Below the pieces are notes generated by a model. That model ran no database searches. It saw only the letters and a list, made by a program, of their open reading frames with translations, and was not told where the DNA came from. Below, piece after piece: positions 60,743 through 64,000 of a stretch of DNA of 64,000 nucleotides. Both the position numbers and the translations under genes were made by a program. How positions within the stretch are numbered: position 1 is the stretch's first letter; each line of letters starts with the position of its first letter. Origin of the DNA: Alkalispirochaeta sp. (GTDB lineage Bacteria; Spirochaetota; Spirochaetia; DSM-27196; Alkalispirochaetaceae); assembly GCA_965242725.1 (NCBI GenBank), contig CBDESZ010000018.1:192001-256000 (forward strand), written 5' to 3'.

Positions 60743-60757
60743 GAAAAGGGAGAAGCC

Positions 60758-61375
60758 GTGTTTAACAGCCTGATTGGCCATATCGCAGGTCACCGATTTC
60801 CGCTGGTCTATATCCGTACCGGCGGCGTGGAATGGCAGGTCGAAGTAAGTGCAGGAACCTTTCAATCCGTCCTCTCCGCCGAGGGGGAGTGCCGGATCTT
60901 CACCTATTTGCACAGCCGGGAAGACCTTCTGCGCCTCTACGGCTTCTGGACGGAACGGGAACGTGCGGTATTCCTGGAGCTCATCTCCGTGTCGGGAATC
61001 GGTCCGAAGCAGGCGTTGAAGATCCTCTCGGGAACGACGGCGGAGTCTCTCGTCGCCTTCCTCGAGTCCGAGGATATCCCCTCGTTGACGCGGATTCCCG
61101 GTCTCGGAAAGAAAACCGCCCAGCGTCTCATCCTGCAGCTGAAAGGGCATTTGATCATGGACGAGGAGTCGGGTCAGGGAACGGGTGGAACCGTACGGCA
61201 CGATATGGCGGGCGAACTCCTGCAGGCTCTCATGGACATGGGTTTTGACCGGAAAAAGGCGGAGACGGTGTTGAACGAAGTGTCGACCGAACTCGCGGAC
61301 CACACCTTCTCCGACGACAGAAGCCGGGAGCAGGAACTCTTCCGACGGGCGATTGTCGCATTGAGCGGGAAGTGA
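60758..61375 (+). CDS. ruvA: Holliday junction branch migration protein A
   Basis: RED..LYGF, LISVSGIGPK, IPGLGKKTAQR, ALMDMGF. Confidence 0.95.
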   Translation: MFNSLIGHIAGHRFPLVYIRTGGVEWQVEVSAGTFQSVLSAEGECRIFTYLHSREDLLRLYGFWTERERAVFLELISVSGIGPKQALKILSGTTAESLVAFLESEDIPSLTRIPGLGKKTAQRLILQLKGHLIMDEESGQGTGGTVRHDMAGELLQALMDMGFDRKKAETVLNEVSTELADHTFSDDRSREQELFRRAIVALSGK

Positions 61376-61394
61376 CGGATAGGAGAACGCGGTA

Positions 61395-62429
61395 ATGGAT
61401 GAACACCCCCTCCGTCCTGAATGGGAGGACGAGGATTCCTATGAAAACGTATTGCGACCGCACTCGCTTGCGGACTTCCTCGGTCAGGAACAGATTAAAG
61501 ATAACCTCCGCGTATTTATTCAGGCGGCGAGACAGCGTGGTGAACCGCTTGATCATCTCTTTCTCTCAGGACCTCCCGGATTGGGGAAGACAACCCTTGC
61601 CGGTATCCTCGCGCGGGAAATGGGCGCCGATTTACGGGTCACCTCCGCACCGGCGCTTGAGAAACCGAAAGACCTGGCAGGGATTCTCACGACCCTCCAG
61701 GAGGGAACCGTCTTTTTCATAGACGAAATTCATCGCCTCAAGAGTACGCTTGAAGAAATGCTCTACGTGGCGATGGAGGATTATGAGATCGACTGGGTCA
61801 TAGGGCAGGGACCGTCGGCACGGACGCTTCGTGTTCCGCTGCCCCGTTTTACCCTCGTCGGCGCGACAACCCGACCGGGAATGGTCGCGGCGCCCTTGTT
61901 CACCCGATTCGGCATTCCCCTCCGCCTTGACTTTTACCGCCATGAAGAGCTTGCCGCGATCATCCGGCGTTCGGCGTCGATTCTTGATGTGCCCGTCGAC
62001 GAGGGAGCGGTGTCGCTCCTCGCCGACAGCTGTCGCGGCACCCCCCGGGTAGCCAACCGTCTCCTTCGACGCATGCGGGATTTTGCCGAAATTCTCGCCG
62101 ACGGCTCGATCACCGTTGATGTCGTACAGGACGGAATGGGTCGTCTGAACATCGACAATCACGGACTGGAAGAGCAGGACCGTCAAATTCTGCGTACAAT
62201 CATTCAAATGTACGGCGGCGGTCCCGTCGGCGCAGAGACACTTGCGATTTCGGTGGGCGAGGAAATTGATTCACTTGAGGTGTTTTACGAGCCCTTTCTC
62301 ATCCAAAAAGGACTGATTCAGCGTACCGCCCGCGGACGGGTTGCCACCGTCCGGGCGTATGAGATCATCGGTCTTCCCGTCCCCGAGGAGCAGCAGCAGA
62401 ACAATGAAGACCAGCGATTTCTCTTTTGA
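61395..62429 (+). CDS. ruvB: Holliday junction branch migration ATPase B
   Basis: [41 protein letters not shown]. Confidence 0.97.
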   Translation: MDEHPLRPEWEDEDSYENVLRPHSLADFLGQEQIKDNLRVFIQAARQRGEPLDHLFLSGPPGLGKTTLAGILAREMGADLRVTSAPALEKPKDLAGILTTLQEGTVFFIDEIHRLKSTLEEMLYVAMEDYEIDWVIGQGPSARTLRVPLPRFTLVGATTRPGMVAAPLFTRFGIPLRLDFYRHEELAAIIRRSASILDVPVDEGAVSLLADSCRGTPRVANRLLRRMRDFAEILADGSITVDVVQDGMGRLNIDNHGLEEQDRQILRTIIQMYGGGPVGAETLAISVGEEIDSLEVFYEPFLIQKGLIQRTARGRVATVRAYEIIGLPVPEEQQQNNEDQRFLF

Positions 62430-63426
62430 ACTCCCCGAGGAGCTCATAGCCCAGGCTCCTACCGACCGGCGGGGCGAGAGCAGGCTCATGGTCCTTGAGC
62501 GTTCCTCAGGATCTATCACCCATTCCGCCGTTGCGGATATTCGCGACTTCATTCCCGCCGGATCCATTATGGTTTTCAATAATTCCCGTGTACGGAAGGC
62601 GCGCCTGTACGGCCGCAGCACCGGCGGAGGAAAGGTTGAGCTCCTTCTTGTCCGCAGAACCGCACCGGATCGGTGGCTCGTAATCGGGAAACCGAACAAA
62701 CGAATTCAAAGGGATAGAGTCTTTTCATTTCCCGACGACGTGACGGGAACGGTCGTCGATGTGAGTGATCCCTACCGGGAAATTCAGTTCAGTCGCCCCA
62801 TTGACGACGGCTGGTTGGAGTCCCACGGACACGTCCCGTTACCGCCGTATATTCATCGCGGAGACGAACCCCTGGACGATGAGCGCTATCAGACGGTATT
62901 CGCCCGGGTATGGGGCAGCGTCGCCGCGCCGACGGCGGGGCTTCATTTCACCCCGGACCTGTTGGAGAAGCTTCGGAACCATGGGGTAGAAGTGGCCTTT
63001 CTCACGCTTCACGTCGGTATCGGAACCTTTTTACCCATTCGTACAGAGGAAATACGGGAGCACAGAATGCATGAAGAGGAGTACTTCGTACCGCCGGAGG
63101 TATCCGCCGGCGTGACCGCGGCAATTGCCGAAGGTCGTCCCGTCGTTGCCGTCGGGACGACCGCCGTACGTACCCTCGAGTCTGCGTGGAATAGAGAGAC
63201 GGAGTCTCTTGAAAGCGGGTACGGATCGACGGATCTTTTTATCTATCCGGGATATGAGTTCCAGGTTGTGCGCCACCTCTTTACCAACTTCCATACCCCC
63301 GAGAGCAGCCTCGTCGTACTTGTCAGTGCATTTGCGGGACGGGAGCGGATCCTGAACAGCTACCGCGAGGCGATCGCGGAGAGGTACCGGTTTTTCTCGT
63401 ACGGAGACGCGATGCTCATTCTCTGA
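62404..63426 (+). CDS. queA: SAM:tRNA ribosyltransferase-isomerase
   Basis: [52 protein letters not shown]; start ATG 62404. Confidence 0.97.
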   Translation: MKTSDFSFELPEELIAQAPTDRRGESRLMVLERSSGSITHSAVADIRDFIPAGSIMVFNNSRVRKARLYGRSTGGGKVELLLVRRTAPDRWLVIGKPNKRIQRDRVFSFPDDVTGTVVDVSDPYREIQFSRPIDDGWLESHGHVPLPPYIHRGDEPLDDERYQTVFARVWGSVAAPTAGLHFTPDLLEKLRNHGVEVAFLTLHVGIGTFLPIRTEEIREHRMHEEEYFVPPEVSAGVTAAIAEGRPVVAVGTTAVRTLESAWNRETESLESGYGSTDLFIYPGYEFQVVRHLFTNFHTPESSLVVLVSAFAGRERILNSYREAIAERYRFFSYGDAMLIL

Positions 63427-64000
63427 CGCCTCCCATCGCCTGAAACGCCGCGCGCACTTCCGCCACACGGTCGAGATGACCGGATATGATTTCTTCGTAG
63501 TTCAACGCACCGGTACGGATGCGATGGTGCTCGTCCTCCCATCGTTGAATCTCTTCAAGGTGGACAAAGCGCATATCAGCGACCGCCTGGGAGGCGCGGT
63601 TTGCCTCTTCCCAATAGGTGAGGGCGTAGGTGAAAAGTTCTTCCGCCCGTTGGAGACTGCTTATGTTTTCCTCGGTCCATGGTCTGTTATAGAAGTACGC
63701 CTCATGTTTCATATATTGGGCGCCCCACCTCAGATAGAGGTCCACAAGGAGCAAATTAAGGTGCATTGTAAAAAGATTTCGATACCATCGCCATTCTCGT
63801 TGGTTTTCAATAACGGCGAGGGCATTGAGAGGATTGGCGAAATCGCTTCGTAACGCCTGCTCCAGCCAATATACGTTTTCCGCGATCCGTTCAGGAGTCT
63901 GATAGAATTGTTGATGGTACAGACGGTACAGCTGCTCCCGATAGGTCATACGGTACGCCGATACATTAACGGCAGTTCCGAGAAGACCGAGAATCAGGAT
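63416..64000 (-). CDS. Exported hypothetical helical protein (5' end outside the window)
   Basis: Frame open to the window edge (ILILGLLGTAVNVSA|YRMTYREQ..), consistent with a signal peptide; convergent overlap with queA. Confidence 0.7.
   Translation of the reverse strand: MLILGLLGTAVNVSAYRMTYREQLYRLYHQQFYQTPERIAENVYWLEQALRSDFANPLNALAVIENQREWRWYRNLFTMHLNLLLVDLYLRWGAQYMKHEAYFYNRPWTEENISSLQRAEELFTYALTYWEEANRASQAVADMRFVHLEEIQRWEDEHHRIRTGALNYEEIISGHLDRVAEVRAAFQAMGGVRE

Noticed and set aside
1..64000. CRISPR array, IS, integrase, toxin-antitoxin or defence system
   Set aside because: No regularly spaced repeats or transposase, integrase or nuclease-effector motifs; the window is almost fully tiled by core genes.

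Overview
64 kb of GC-rich core chromosome from a spirochaete (Spirochaetales, probably Spirochaetaceae). The assignment rests on the spirochaete-type GAPDH insertion and on Treponema/Borrelia-like gene order (uvrA-lptD, ybeY-corC-TPR, folD beside a TP0733-like barrel, smpB-FGE/PEGA-lepB-lepB). Contents in order: pentapeptide/MBL-fold pair; Cys-rich ORF-murI-rsgA-mutS2; a V/A-type ATPase operon (E-C-A-B-D-I-K) with a Na+ signature; uvrA-lptD; phoH-ybeY-corC; gap-pgk-tpiA-secG through nusB; map-degP-PRTase broken by many homopolymer indels (probably sequencing error); a 1566-aa exported repeat protein; an outer-membrane barrel plus lipoprotein; folD with split purH; guaB-purA-guaA; tmRNA-hisN-smpB; two lepB; hemW; yebC-ruvCAB-queA. 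I found no mobile element, CRISPR array, prophage or defence island, and cannot support a wholly new multi-gene system. Best leads: recurrent leaderless promoter architecture, a SAP-like motif at the LptD N-terminus, several apparent pseudo-enzymes, split PurH, a bidirectional promoter sharing one -35 heptamer, a core shared by three terminators, and look-alikes of treponemal adhesin families. All calls are by eye; no database search was run.
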